Source of the DNA: an uncultured Gammaproteobacteria bacterium
GTDB taxonomy: Bacteria > Patescibacteriota > Microgenomatia > UBA8517
Direction: 5' to 3'
NCBI GenBank assembly: GCA_964599625.1
Contig: CAZRGC010000004.1
Location: 11,705-75,704, forward strand
DNA length: 64,000 nucleotides
In this document: one piece after another, positions 55,829-64,000 of the stretch
Numbering within the stretch: position 1 is the stretch's first letter
How the letters are laid out: the number at the start of each line of letters is the position of its first letter
Translations under genes and position numbers: made by a program
The notes under the pieces: model-generated
Database searches by the model: none
What the model was told of the DNA's origin: nothing
The model's input: the letters and a program-made list of their open reading frames with translations, nothing else

Positions 55829-55881
55829 GTTGTATTTAGGCATGATTTGCGCCAAATATAAAATGTATGTAGAATTGCCGA

Positions 55882-56619
55882 ATGTCTCAAGAAACGGCTG
55901 CAAAAACCGACATTTTAGATTTTCTTACACCGGGACAAAAAAAATTAGTTGAAGGTTTTATAAATTTTTCGTTGGAAAAAATGGAAGTTGATTGGGACGT
56001 TGATCAGACATTGGCGTTAACAGAATATCCGGTAAAAGCTATCGTTGATAAACACTTTGGGACTAGTTACTTTTCACGAAAAATTGTCGGTTACGAAACT
56101 TTGACCAAATGGCTTACTGAAGACGGAATTACGGATTTGAAAACTGCTCAGGAATTCGAAAGCCGTATTTGGGTCAATGCAGATATTTTGTATCAGGCTA
56201 AACCAAATGAGTTTTTAAGGGATCTGTCGTATGCCATGTACAAGGCAAATATTCGGCAACATGTTACTACAGTGCGTGTGCCGGGACTTAGAATATCTAC
56301 ATATAAATGGCTAAGTGAGTATTTTCCATGGATACCTTCCGGAAATATTAATTTCAGAGTTGGTATGGGTATGTCCGGCCACGAATTTAAGCGCAGAACC
56401 GTGCTTGATATGTATGCCAAAAACCCTGAAGTTGTGCATGTTGATGATGATTCCAGGATAATTAAAACTCTTTCCGTGGATGCACCCAATCTCAAAATTA
56501 TTGGAATAAGATATCCGGACGAAGATGTCTCAGGTATAGAACATGCCGAAAACAGGGCCTTTTTGTATAGGGACGATTTAAACTCACTCATAAAACTCCC
56601 AACCGCAACATCTTATTAG
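55882..56619 (+). CDS. Hypothetical protein (245 aa)
   Basis: ORF with no recognisable domain. Immediately upstream of the recombinase gene. Confidence 0.35.
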   Translation: MSQETAAKTDILDFLTPGQKKLVEGFINFSLEKMEVDWDVDQTLALTEYPVKAIVDKHFGTSYFSRKIVGYETLTKWLTEDGITDLKTAQEFESRIWVNADILYQAKPNEFLRDLSYAMYKANIRQHVTTVRVPGLRISTYKWLSEYFPWIPSGNINFRVGMGMSGHEFKRRTVLDMYAKNPEVVHVDDDSRIIKTLSVDAPNLKIIGIRYPDEDVSGIEHAENRAFLYRDDLNSLIKLPTATSY

Positions 56620-56632
56620 TCGCACATTCTAG

Positions 56633-57625
56633 TTGACACCCTGTGAAAATATATTTAAACTGATTTCAGTGATGGCTGATCCCGCCCAAAATCAGTCCGA
56701 GATTCAGAAGAAAGTTAACCAATTTTTGGAGTATCTTCAGGTTGAAAAAGGTGCCTCTCCCCTAACCCTTCGTAACTATCGTCATTATCTTTCACGACTT
56801 ATTAACTGGATGGATTCAGAAGGACTGCACGAAGACTTAAGCGATATAAATCAGGAGATTGTCCGTAATTTCCGCGTTTTCCTTTCCAACCTTCCCGGAG
56901 AAAATGGTCAGTCGATGACCAGACGCACTCAGGGGTATCATGTGATTGCACTTAGGTCGTTCCTCAAATGGCTAATCAAAAACGATTACCCGGTTATGGC
57001 ACCTGATAAAATTGATCTGCCAAAGGTGGAAGAACGTCAGGTTAAATTTTTAAGCGGAGAACAAGTAGATAGGATTTTGAATGCACCCAGCCAGTCAACA
57101 ATTCAGGGGAAACGAGACAAAGCAATTTTGGAAGTACTTTTTTCTACCGGTCTGCGTGTTTCCGAACTTGTTAAATTGGATAGGGATAAGATTGATATGC
57201 AAAGACGTGAGTTTGGGATAATAGGCAAAGGCGGCAAAGCCAGAGTTGTGTTTTTGTCTTCCCGCGCAGTAGACTGGCTGGTTAAGTATCTCAATGAACG
57301 AGTTGATAAGTTCAAGCCTCTTTTTGTTCGCCACAAAGGCAATCTTGATCCGGGTACACCTGATGAAAAAATGAGGCTCACTCCCCGATCTGTCCAAAGA
57401 TTAATTAAAAAGTACTCTCACAAAGTCAAACTTCCAGTGGAGGTTACCCCGCACGTAATGAGACATTCTTTTGCTACAGATCTTTTGATTGCGGGAGCAG
57501 ACATAAGAAGTGTGCAGGAGATGCTAGGGCATAAAAACATTTCTACCACCCAGATCTATACACATGTAACCAACAAGCAACTAAAAGAAATACACGAAAC
57601 TTTCCACGGGAGGGGTAATGATTAG
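56633..57625 (+). CDS. Tyrosine recombinase XerC/XerD family
   Basis: N-terminal SAM-like domain (FLEYLQVEKGASPLTLRNYRHYL). Catalytic residues R (GLRVSEL), HVMRHSF (HxxR), and Tyr in TQIYTHV. Confidence 0.8.
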   Translation: MTPCENIFKLISVMADPAQNQSEIQKKVNQFLEYLQVEKGASPLTLRNYRHYLSRLINWMDSEGLHEDLSDINQEIVRNFRVFLSNLPGENGQSMTRRTQGYHVIALRSFLKWLIKNDYPVMAPDKIDLPKVEERQVKFLSGEQVDRILNAPSQSTIQGKRDKAILEVLFSTGLRVSELVKLDRDKIDMQRREFGIIGKGGKARVVFLSSRAVDWLVKYLNERVDKFKPLFVRHKGNLDPGTPDEKMRLTPRSVQRLIKKYSHKVKLPVEVTPHVMRHSFATDLLIAGADIRSVQEMLGHKNISTTQIYTHVTNKQLKEIHETFHGRGND

Positions 57626-57627
57626 AT

Positions 57628-59313
57628 ATGTCGGAGAGTTCGGGGTGGTCTTCATATGACGGTTTACCAGAAACCGCAAGAGATAAAGCTGAGTTTGACT
57701 CTGACAAAGCAAACCTTGCAACGGAGGATTTTAGAAAGCGTTTTGACGAGAAGATGGGATTGAGATACAAAAACCTTCGTGACAAAGATCAAGCTTTTAT
57801 AGATGAAGTATACAGCGCTTTTGGTTCTGGTGACCCGACAAAAGTAACTGAGATTTTAGACAACACCGACGGAGACAGGCATGACTATGTGTTATGGATT
57901 GGTGAGTGCAAAGAGGAATTCGATACTTTAGAAAAAACTGTGGATTTCATGGATGCGAGATATGCGGAGTATGTTAGGGAGGATCTGGAAACGGAAGTGC
58001 TCGAAGTAGTATCCCGAATAGACTTTGATAAAGCTTTAAGTAATATTTTGAGAAAAGGAAATATATACGACCTGGAAAGTTTTATGAAAAACGTTGCCTA
58101 TGTAAGAGAAGTCCAGCATATGGTTGTGACGGAGGATGGTGCACAAAATTTAGGACTTTTTGAGCTCACAGTTTTTAGAGACAGATTGCGGGCTGCGAGA
58201 GAGGATATGAAAGTCGGTGATTTTTTGAGTCACGGTTCAGACTTGGAATATGATTTGGAAGGAATCGCAGATGAGCCAAATATGGAAATGAAAGCTGTGC
58301 GGTTGCAGTCAGAAGTTGTCAGTTTGAAACAGGCTGTCAAAGCATATGCACAGAAGGCAAATTTGTTTGTTTGGGGTTCAGGGTCTTTTTCGTTCGACCA
58401 AGAAGAGTGTTTTGACTCATTGTTTAACGCACTTTCTAATGCTTATAAACCGGAGAACTATGTCAGTGACTATGCTGTAAAAAAACCTGATCCAAGATTT
58501 TTTGAATCTGCCGAAAAGTGGTTGATCAAAAAAAGAAGGCAGTTTGAACGGATTGGAGTTTTGCCGCCAACTGATTCGTCAAGGTATGAAAACCAAAAAG
58601 AGCGGGAATCTAACGACAAGGAAGCAATAATTGCCGGTATTGTTGTAAAAGGTTTTGACAATGACCCATATTTAACAAACGAAAGCGTCAGACTTACCTT
58701 GAAGTCTATAGTACCTGGGGAAACATTGAAAAAAGTTAAATCAATAGTGTTTTTAGAAGGCAAGGCCAATACAAGTCCCAGGTACGCGGGACGTCCAAAA
58801 GAAGAAACTGACATGGTTGCCGGAACGTGTTTTTACGAGTTTGACGACAATGAAGGAGAGCTTGTGGGGGCTGCAATCGAAATTTATGGTGAGGACGAGT
58901 CGGGAAAACTTGAAACTCACCAAAATAGACATTCAATATGGCATGAAATTGGACACGTTGCACATCAGAGTATGAGCGCTTCCGAGATTGAGGATTGGCA
59001 AAGAATCAGAACAGATGAGGTTTTTAGGATAACAACATATGTTCCCAGAGAGAAAGTCACAAAACCTCTGGAAGACTTTACGGAGACTTTTACATATTTC
59101 ATTGATCAGCCGACACTTTTGAAAGTCATCGCACCAGAACGCTATAAATTTATGAAGAAGTTTTTCGAAGACAGGTCTACAGATGCTGAGAAAACAGTTC
59201 TTAATAATTATCTTGCAATTACAGAAGTATTTCAGGAGGTTCAATGGAAGAGTCAAAACCTCTCACACGCGGAAATTGCTGAGGTGTGGAGGGAAACTGT
59301 TCCCCAAGACTAA
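57628..59313 (+). CDS. Large hypothetical protein with C-terminal HEXXH zinc-peptidase-like motif
   Basis: SIWHEIGHVAHQSM (HEIGH) with downstream Glu residues (EIEDW). Acidic N-terminal half. 561 aa. Confidence 0.4.
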   Translation: MSESSGWSSYDGLPETARDKAEFDSDKANLATEDFRKRFDEKMGLRYKNLRDKDQAFIDEVYSAFGSGDPTKVTEILDNTDGDRHDYVLWIGECKEEFDTLEKTVDFMDARYAEYVREDLETEVLEVVSRIDFDKALSNILRKGNIYDLESFMKNVAYVREVQHMVVTEDGAQNLGLFELTVFRDRLRAAREDMKVGDFLSHGSDLEYDLEGIADEPNMEMKAVRLQSEVVSLKQAVKAYAQKANLFVWGSGSFSFDQEECFDSLFNALSNAYKPENYVSDYAVKKPDPRFFESAEKWLIKKRRQFERIGVLPPTDSSRYENQKERESNDKEAIIAGIVVKGFDNDPYLTNESVRLTLKSIVPGETLKKVKSIVFLEGKANTSPRYAGRPKEETDMVAGTCFYEFDDNEGELVGAAIEIYGEDESGKLETHQNRHSIWHEIGHVAHQSMSASEIEDWQRIRTDEVFRITTYVPREKVTKPLEDFTETFTYFIDQPTLLKVIAPERYKFMKKFFEDRSTDAEKTVLNNYLAITEVFQEVQWKSQNLSHAEIAEVWRETVPQD

Positions 59314-59316
59314 CAA

Positions 59317-60747
59317 CTACAACCTCTCACCCACTGCGAGCGATATCTTTCGTCCCAGTGTAAACACCCTTTCTGTAATTTCCGAAATTCTTTCTTCTAT
59401 ACTACCTTCTGTTATTTCACTTTCAATTTTTTGAAGATCATCAAAGGCAGACTCGACATCGCTTTCGGTCATTTTTCTTGCAATACGGTCCGAGATCTCA
59501 AAGAGCCCAATCTGTTCCCCGCTGAATGACCGCAAATAAGGAATGATCACAAAGTGCTCAAGAAATTTCCTTCTAAACTGTTCTGTTGGAAATTCCTGTC
59601 CGTTAATGATTCTTTGTCGTATTTCGTGTCCCAAACTAAATGTTACTGACGGAGACATAAATTGTTTATGTAAATTTGCATCGGGGTTTTGATTTTTAAC
59701 AATTTTATAAAGATTTGTGTGTTGTTTGCCGTATATGACAGCCACCTTTTTACCCTGCCATTCCTTTTGGTTTTTTTCTATAAGATCCAAAAGCTCGACC
59801 GCGACAGTGTGGTCCCTGTCTATCATGGAAATTGATTCCCATTTCTGAAGTCCCAATAAATCAATATAAGCAGATTTGAAAAAGCCCAATGTGGCATGAT
59901 ATGTGGCCTCCTTTTCCATATCCTCGGCTATCCTGCTAGCTTTTGCACCCTCACTTTCCAAAGAAACATCAGCAAGATGAAGTTCTTTTCCGTTGAGGAT
60001 TGCCATGCTGATCAATCTTTTGATAAATGCGGACCCGTTTGGGTATTTGTTCATGAAGTATTCTTCAACTTTGCGGCTGGTTTGTGGATCACTTGCTACT
60101 GCGTTGTTTCGGGATATATCCACCGCCTCACTTTTGCCGGCTTCGGTTATGCCAACAGCTTCCAAAATAATTATGTCAGCATCCTTAACCTTTTCCCATA
60201 CGGGTTCTGCGTCGCGTTCTGAATGTCTTGTGAAGACAAAAGTGATGTCTGGTTTGGGCGGCTCCTTTACCTCTCCCATGGCAAAAATATTATTTCGCCT
60301 TTCTGTTGATAAAATTTTCCAGGGTTTCAGGTGTTCCTCAAGACGTTCGAATACAACTCCTTTTGCTTCTTCTGATGTTTTTTTCTTGGCTCCAATCAGG
60401 GTTGGTTCGTGGGTAAGTACTTTCTTGTCGTCTTCTGTGCGTTCTCCCAAGTCACCATCATCTAGTATGGCGAAGCCCTCCTCGAGTGAACTTTTTATCC
60501 ATTTAAAATATACTTTTAGTTTCGCGGTTCTGTATTCGGGTGTCAGAATTCCCCATCTGCTTTCGATATGCCTTAATATTTTGGTTTCGGCTTCGGATTG
60601 GATTTGTTCTTCGGTTTTTTCTGGTACCTTGGGAGCATCATCTTCTGCTTGTTTCTTTTGGTGGTGAGAAATTTTACGGTGCCTGGTTTCTTCACCAAAA
60701 TCACCCCATTTTTCTTCGAAATCGTCTAGTTCTCCGGTCATAACCAT
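59317..60747 (-). CDS. Hypothetical protein, paralogue of the 61313-62299 gene (TraB/GumN/PrgY-like family, tentative)
   Basis: ITFVFTRHSERDAEPVWEKVKDADIIILEAVG resembles the TraB-family LVGTAHVS...PDAVAVELD N-terminal pattern. Shares at least three collinear blocks with the 328-aa paralogue. Confidence 0.4.
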   Translation of the reverse strand: MVMTGELDDFEEKWGDFGEETRHRKISHHQKKQAEDDAPKVPEKTEEQIQSEAETKILRHIESRWGILTPEYRTAKLKVYFKWIKSSLEEGFAILDDGDLGERTEDDKKVLTHEPTLIGAKKKTSEEAKGVVFERLEEHLKPWKILSTERRNNIFAMGEVKEPPKPDITFVFTRHSERDAEPVWEKVKDADIIILEAVGITEAGKSEAVDISRNNAVASDPQTSRKVEEYFMNKYPNGSAFIKRLISMAILNGKELHLADVSLESEGAKASRIAEDMEKEATYHATLGFFKSAYIDLLGLQKWESISMIDRDHTVAVELLDLIEKNQKEWQGKKVAVIYGKQHTNLYKIVKNQNPDANLHKQFMSPSVTFSLGHEIRQRIINGQEFPTEQFRRKFLEHFVIIPYLRSFSGEQIGLFEISDRIARKMTESDVESAFDDLQKIESEITEGSIEERISEITERVFTLGRKISLAVGERL

Positions 60748-60779
60748 ATTTTACACCGTAAAAGAGTATAATCGTCAGC

Positions 60780-61316
60780 ATGTCAAAAGAATTGCCCGTA
60801 TTTTCGGGATGTGTAACCAAGGCCGAGAAGAAGTGGGTGGCGCGGGGTATAAACTCTGAGGTTTGGAGGCAAGGGCAACTTGCTTTTAAAATTTACAAAA
60901 ATCAGATTACAGGTGAGTCAAGTTTGAGCTTGGAGACTCTTGGGTTTTACGCCGAAGTTACTGCACAGGCCGCCGAGGTGGCAGCAAAAGACAGTTTTGC
61001 TCTTAAGCTTCCATTTCCGCTTGGTGAAAGAATTGTGGGGGTTAACAAATACCTGAAAATTCAAAAATGTGATGAACGTGGCAGCATTGAGGCTGTGATG
61101 CCATATGTAGAAGGAAAAAATTTGCTTGGTTCTGCGTATATGCTTGTACTTAATGACTGGCAAAGTTACTTTGGACAGGTGAATTATTATTTCGAAAATA
61201 AGCTGGGTGTGGAGGGGGTATTTGTAAGTCCCGTAAACGTAAAACCGGCCTCAAACAAACATCTGGTAATCACAGATTTGGCTGACGATATTACCTGGCT
61301 GCAAAAGCAATATTAG
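60780..61316 (+). CDS. Hypothetical protein (178 aa)
   Basis: ORF between the two paralogues. No firm domain. A weak kinase-like HLVITDLADD segment. Confidence 0.3.
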   Translation: MSKELPVFSGCVTKAEKKWVARGINSEVWRQGQLAFKIYKNQITGESSLSLETLGFYAEVTAQAAEVAAKDSFALKLPFPLGERIVGVNKYLKIQKCDERGSIEAVMPYVEGKNLLGSAYMLVLNDWQSYFGQVNYYFENKLGVEGVFVSPVNVKPASNKHLVITDLADDITWLQKQY

Positions 61317-62299
61317 TTTCTTTTGGTCAAAGCCCTTTTCCAGTACTTGTCCATAATTTCATTGCCAATTTTTCTTGAGTAAATGCTGACAAACGCACCT
61401 TTGGCATAGTTTAAATTTTGGTTCCAGTTTTTCTCCAATGCAAAAAGTTTATCTGTATATTTCCATACTTCTTTGTCCGGCATCATGCGAATAATTACTG
61501 CGGCAAGATCCATTTGTGTATGTTCGTCTGCGGAAAGTAGGCCAACAGCAGGGTAAATTAAAAATTCAGTAATGAAGTCCCTTTCGACGATTGATTCCAA
61601 AGCCAATCCGTTTTCTCCATTAAGTTTTCTGTTTTTGTATTCATGCATGAGGGTAAATGCGCCACCCGGTATCAGCTTGGTAAACTGTCTTTTTGTTCCG
61701 TATTCCGGATTTCTTTTTATAAAATCTATAGAAACTTTGGAGTGCGTTTGACCTTGTATTACTGCAATCTTTTTGCCGGCCCAGTTGTTGTTGGCTGACA
61801 AAACACTTTCTATTTGAGAAAGTGACAAGTTGTCTCTTTGTATAACACCCTCGGCCACCAGATCGTGATAAACTGCATAGTTTTCGTATGCTTGTTTTAT
61901 GTTGCCCATATCCCATTCGGATACAGCTTCTTTGAATTTTTCTTCCGCGGCTCTTGTATTGAGATATCCAATATGCCGGTCGTCGGAATCAATCAGAAAA
62001 AGTTGTTTTTGGGCGCGGACTGCCTTGCTTGTAATCCCTTTCCAAAAAGGATGTGCGTTGGGATATTTCCATGTTAGTTCCAAACTTCCTAATAGTCTGA
62101 AAAAGTGACCTTGTGTTTCGGCAACAGAGGTTGCGTCGCGCAGAAAATCTTTTCTTAAAGAGGCCGGCATGCCAATGCTTTCCAGCATTATAATTTGGGC
62201 ATCTTTTGCAGCATTCCAGACAGTATTCACATCCTCCGGATGGTGTCTGACAAGCAAAAACTTTATTTCCGGCAACGATCTTGTCTCAGATCTTTCCAT
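61313..62299 (-). CDS. Hypothetical protein, paralogue of the 59317-60747 gene (TraB/GumN/PrgY-like family, tentative)
   Basis: IKFLLVRHHPEDVNTVWNAAKDAQIIMLESIG matches the paralogue's TRHSERDAEPVWEKVKDADIIILEAVG. KKIAVIQGQTHSKV matches KKVAVIYGKQHTNL. C-terminal FITEFLIYPAV matches FLEHFVIIPYL. Confidence 0.4.
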   Translation of the reverse strand: MERSETRSLPEIKFLLVRHHPEDVNTVWNAAKDAQIIMLESIGMPASLRKDFLRDATSVAETQGHFFRLLGSLELTWKYPNAHPFWKGITSKAVRAQKQLFLIDSDDRHIGYLNTRAAEEKFKEAVSEWDMGNIKQAYENYAVYHDLVAEGVIQRDNLSLSQIESVLSANNNWAGKKIAVIQGQTHSKVSIDFIKRNPEYGTKRQFTKLIPGGAFTLMHEYKNRKLNGENGLALESIVERDFITEFLIYPAVGLLSADEHTQMDLAAVIIRMMPDKEVWKYTDKLFALEKNWNQNLNYAKGAFVSIYSRKIGNEIMDKYWKRALTKRN

Positions 62300-62342
62300 A
62301 ATATGGGGTATTTTAATACAAATGGTCTATGTTTTCACTTTC

Positions 62343-62960
62343 TTACTTTCTTTTTACAACCAAAGTTCCCGAACTTTCAATCCACCTTGATGTAATCCTT
62401 CCTGCGTTGGTCATGCTGTCTATAAGTCTGTGTACATATCCGCTGACGTTGTTCAAAACCAGGTCTGGGGTTTTGGTTTTTTCGCCAACATCAAGCATTA
62501 CTTCAATGAATTTTCTTCCCAAACCAAGCTTTCTATATTTATCTTCAACAAAAATTGTATCGCTACCCCTTGCCAGGTCGTATACACTTTTGAAAACAAC
62601 ATCCGATTTGAGGTCTGCAATATCCCCCTTGTTCATTACGTTGGAAAAAAAAGACTTTCCACTGGAAGTCCTTTCGGCAAAAAAGAAACCTATTGCGGTT
62701 GGCCTATCGTCATTGTTTACAAAATATCCTAATGTAAAAATTTGTTTCCCAATTTCTCCCCTGGTTTCTCTCATGCCAATTGTTACTTTTTTCCCATCAG
62801 GTGTTACAATGCCGGTGTTGAAGAGTTCGGGTCTGTTTACTTTCCTTGCTGCCCACAAGTGGTCTATATCATAGTCTCTTTCTTTTTGGGTCAAAGCCAG
62901 ATCAACTGAGGATCTAATCCTTGAATATATTTCCTGGGCACGGCTTCTCCCCTCTGTCAT
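62343..62960 (-). CDS. GNAT-like acetyltransferase (tentative)
   Basis: IFVEDKYRKLGLGRKFIEVMLD resembles GNAT motif A (R/Q-x-x-G-x-G/A). Confidence 0.35.
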   Translation of the reverse strand: MTEGRSRAQEIYSRIRSSVDLALTQKERDYDIDHLWAARKVNRPELFNTGIVTPDGKKVTIGMRETRGEIGKQIFTLGYFVNNDDRPTAIGFFFAERTSSGKSFFSNVMNKGDIADLKSDVVFKSVYDLARGSDTIFVEDKYRKLGLGRKFIEVMLDVGEKTKTPDLVLNNVSGYVHRLIDSMTNAGRITSRWIESSGTLVVKRK

Positions 62961-62969
62961 AAATGTATC

Positions 62970-64000
62970 TTACAATATTTCTTCCCAGGGAAGCCCTAGT
63001 TTGCCGAAGTGGCCATAGGAGGCTGTTTGAAGATAAATAGGTGAGCGAAGATTGAGTCTTTCGATGATTGCAAGCGGCCTAAAGTCAAAATGCTTTCTAA
63101 CATATTTACTTAAGCTTTTTCCGTTACCGTCTTTGGCCTCAATCATCAGGGGTTCGGCTTTACCGATAGCGTATGCAACGGAGACCAACACATCTTTAAC
63201 TAAACCTTTTGCCACAAGGTTTTTGGCGACAAAGCGGCACATATAGGCGGCGCTTCTATCAACTTTTGTCGGGTCTTTTCCGGAAAATGCTCCACCGCCG
63301 TGAGGAATAAGTCCCCCGTATGTATCAACCATAATTTTTCTCCCTGTGAGCCCTGTATCGGCAATAAACCCTCCAACTTCAAATTTACCCGTAGGATTGA
63401 CCAAAACTTCAACTCCCTCAAAGTCTTTACCCAAAACTTTTTTAATCAGTTTATTGGTTATTTCTTTTTTGATTGTTTCTTGAGTGACGCCCTTTTTGTG
63501 CTGAGTAGATACAAGGACTGTTTTTACTTTTCCGTTTTCTATTGTTACCTGGGCTTTGCCGTCCGGCAGAAGCCAAGGAACTTTTTTGGATTTACGTAGG
63601 TCCTCCAGACCTTTTGTAAGTTTGTGGACCAATGAGACCGCTTTGGGCAAATATTCAGGAGTTTCATTTGTGGCAAAGCCGTACATTATTCCCTGGTCCC
63701 CCGCTCCTCCGGTATCTACCCCCATAGCAATATCCGGGGATTGTTTGATTATATTTGTAACAAATTTCAGTTTTCCAGAATGACCAATATCTTTGTAGAC
63801 CTTTGAAGCAATTTTTGTGGCATCAAACTTTGCATGTGTTGTGAGTTCTCCGCCGATTACCAAAAGTCCATGGGCACCAAATGTTTCTATTGCAACACGG
63901 GACTTGGGATCCTGGCGCAAACACTCATCCAATATTGCGTCACTTATCTGATCGCATATCTTGTCCGGGTGTCCCGAGGTGACTGATTCAACGGTGTAAT
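62970..64000 (-). CDS. metK: S-adenosylmethionine synthetase (5' end beyond window)
   Basis: GGGAFSGKDPTKVDRSAAY signature. GHPDKICDQISDAILDE read in-frame to the window edge. C-terminal HFGKLGLPWE. Confidence 0.95.
   Translation of the reverse strand, partial: YTVESVTSGHPDKICDQISDAILDECLRQDPKSRVAIETFGAHGLLVIGGELTTHAKFDATKIASKVYKDIGHSGKLKFVTNIIKQSPDIAMGVDTGGAGDQGIMYGFATNETPEYLPKAVSLVHKLTKGLEDLRKSKKVPWLLPDGKAQVTIENGKVKTVLVSTQHKKGVTQETIKKEITNKLIKKVLGKDFEGVEVLVNPTGKFEVGGFIADTGLTGRKIMVDTYGGLIPHGGGAFSGKDPTKVDRSAAYMCRFVAKNLVAKGLVKDVLVSVAYAIGKAEPLMIEAKDGNGKSLSKYVRKHFDFRPLAIIERLNLRSPIYLQTASYGHFGKLGLPWEEIL

Noticed and set aside
56633-57625. Interpreting the tyrosine recombinase plus tRNA-Leu (46585-46669) as an integrated prophage or ICE
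   Set aside because: The recombinase has XerC/D-type N- and C-terminal features and is 10 kb from the tRNA. The intervening genes are core-like (rluA, kefB-like, yebC). No phage structural, replication or transposase genes are visible, so an integrated element cannot be supported. Only the downstream five-gene cluster is flagged as possibly accessory.
1-64000. Alternative genetic code (UGA recoding as in Gracilibacteria/SR1) and CRISPR or IS elements
   Set aside because: TGA terminates several conserved genes at the expected position (for example cysS at 5614-5616), and long conserved ORFs have no internal TGA. So the standard code applies. No repeat-spacer arrays or transposase or IS inverted repeats were seen.

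Overview
This 64-kb window looks like a low-GC, gene-dense bacterial chromosome segment with the standard genetic code: TGA is used as a stop, and long conserved genes are intact. The gene content and many short lineage-specific hypothetical proteins suggest a small-genome organism, possibly Patescibacteria/CPR-like; this is inference.

Housekeeping genes I recognise, grouped by function:
- Recombination and nucleoid: ybaB and recR, with a glycoside hydrolase gene inserted between them.
- tRNA synthetases and nucleotide metabolism: cysS, pyrG, hisS.
- Ribosome and translation: rpsF-ssb-rpsR, a ctpA-like S41 peptidase, rpmE followed by an N-terminally truncated RF1-like release factor, ychF and an ABC-F ATPase.
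- Replication and other core functions: dnaB, a DksA/TraR-family protein, an RluA-family pseudouridine synthase, yebC, a XerC/D-type recombinase, and a partial metK at the window end.
- Signalling, transport and RNA: an OmpR/histidine-kinase pair next to a MacA/MacB-type ABC efflux module, CPA2 and CaCA cation antiporters, and a tRNA-Leu(CAA).

Features I think deserve a second look:
- A 1.5-kb protein-free block (about 40.6-42.1 kb) holds two tandem minus-strand RNA loci. Each has a near-consensus sigma70 promoter and an intrinsic terminator, and the downstream one carries RNase P-like sequence elements. I could not confirm RNase P, tmRNA or SRP identity by eye.
- A 231-aa release factor lacks domain 1.
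- A 741-aa glutamine-synthetase-fold protein (GS-III size) sits beside an ATP-grasp protein.
- A tight six-gene operon of unknowns is led by a wHTH-NUDIX fusion and includes a PRPP-motif protein and an alpha/beta hydrolase.
- A gene cluster contains two paralogous, tentatively TraB-like proteins and a HEXXH protein.
- A blue-copper cupredoxin and a VKOR-like protein form an adjacent pair.
- A Cys-rich Thr/Pro-repeat surface protein contains a perfect 36-nt tandem duplication.
- A recurrent leaderless-type promoter motif (TGCTAAAATAGC..CAT-ATG) occurs in front of three genes.
- An 880-bp AT-rich repeat-rich spacer lies ahead of the recombinase region.

No CRISPR array, transposase or rRNA was seen.
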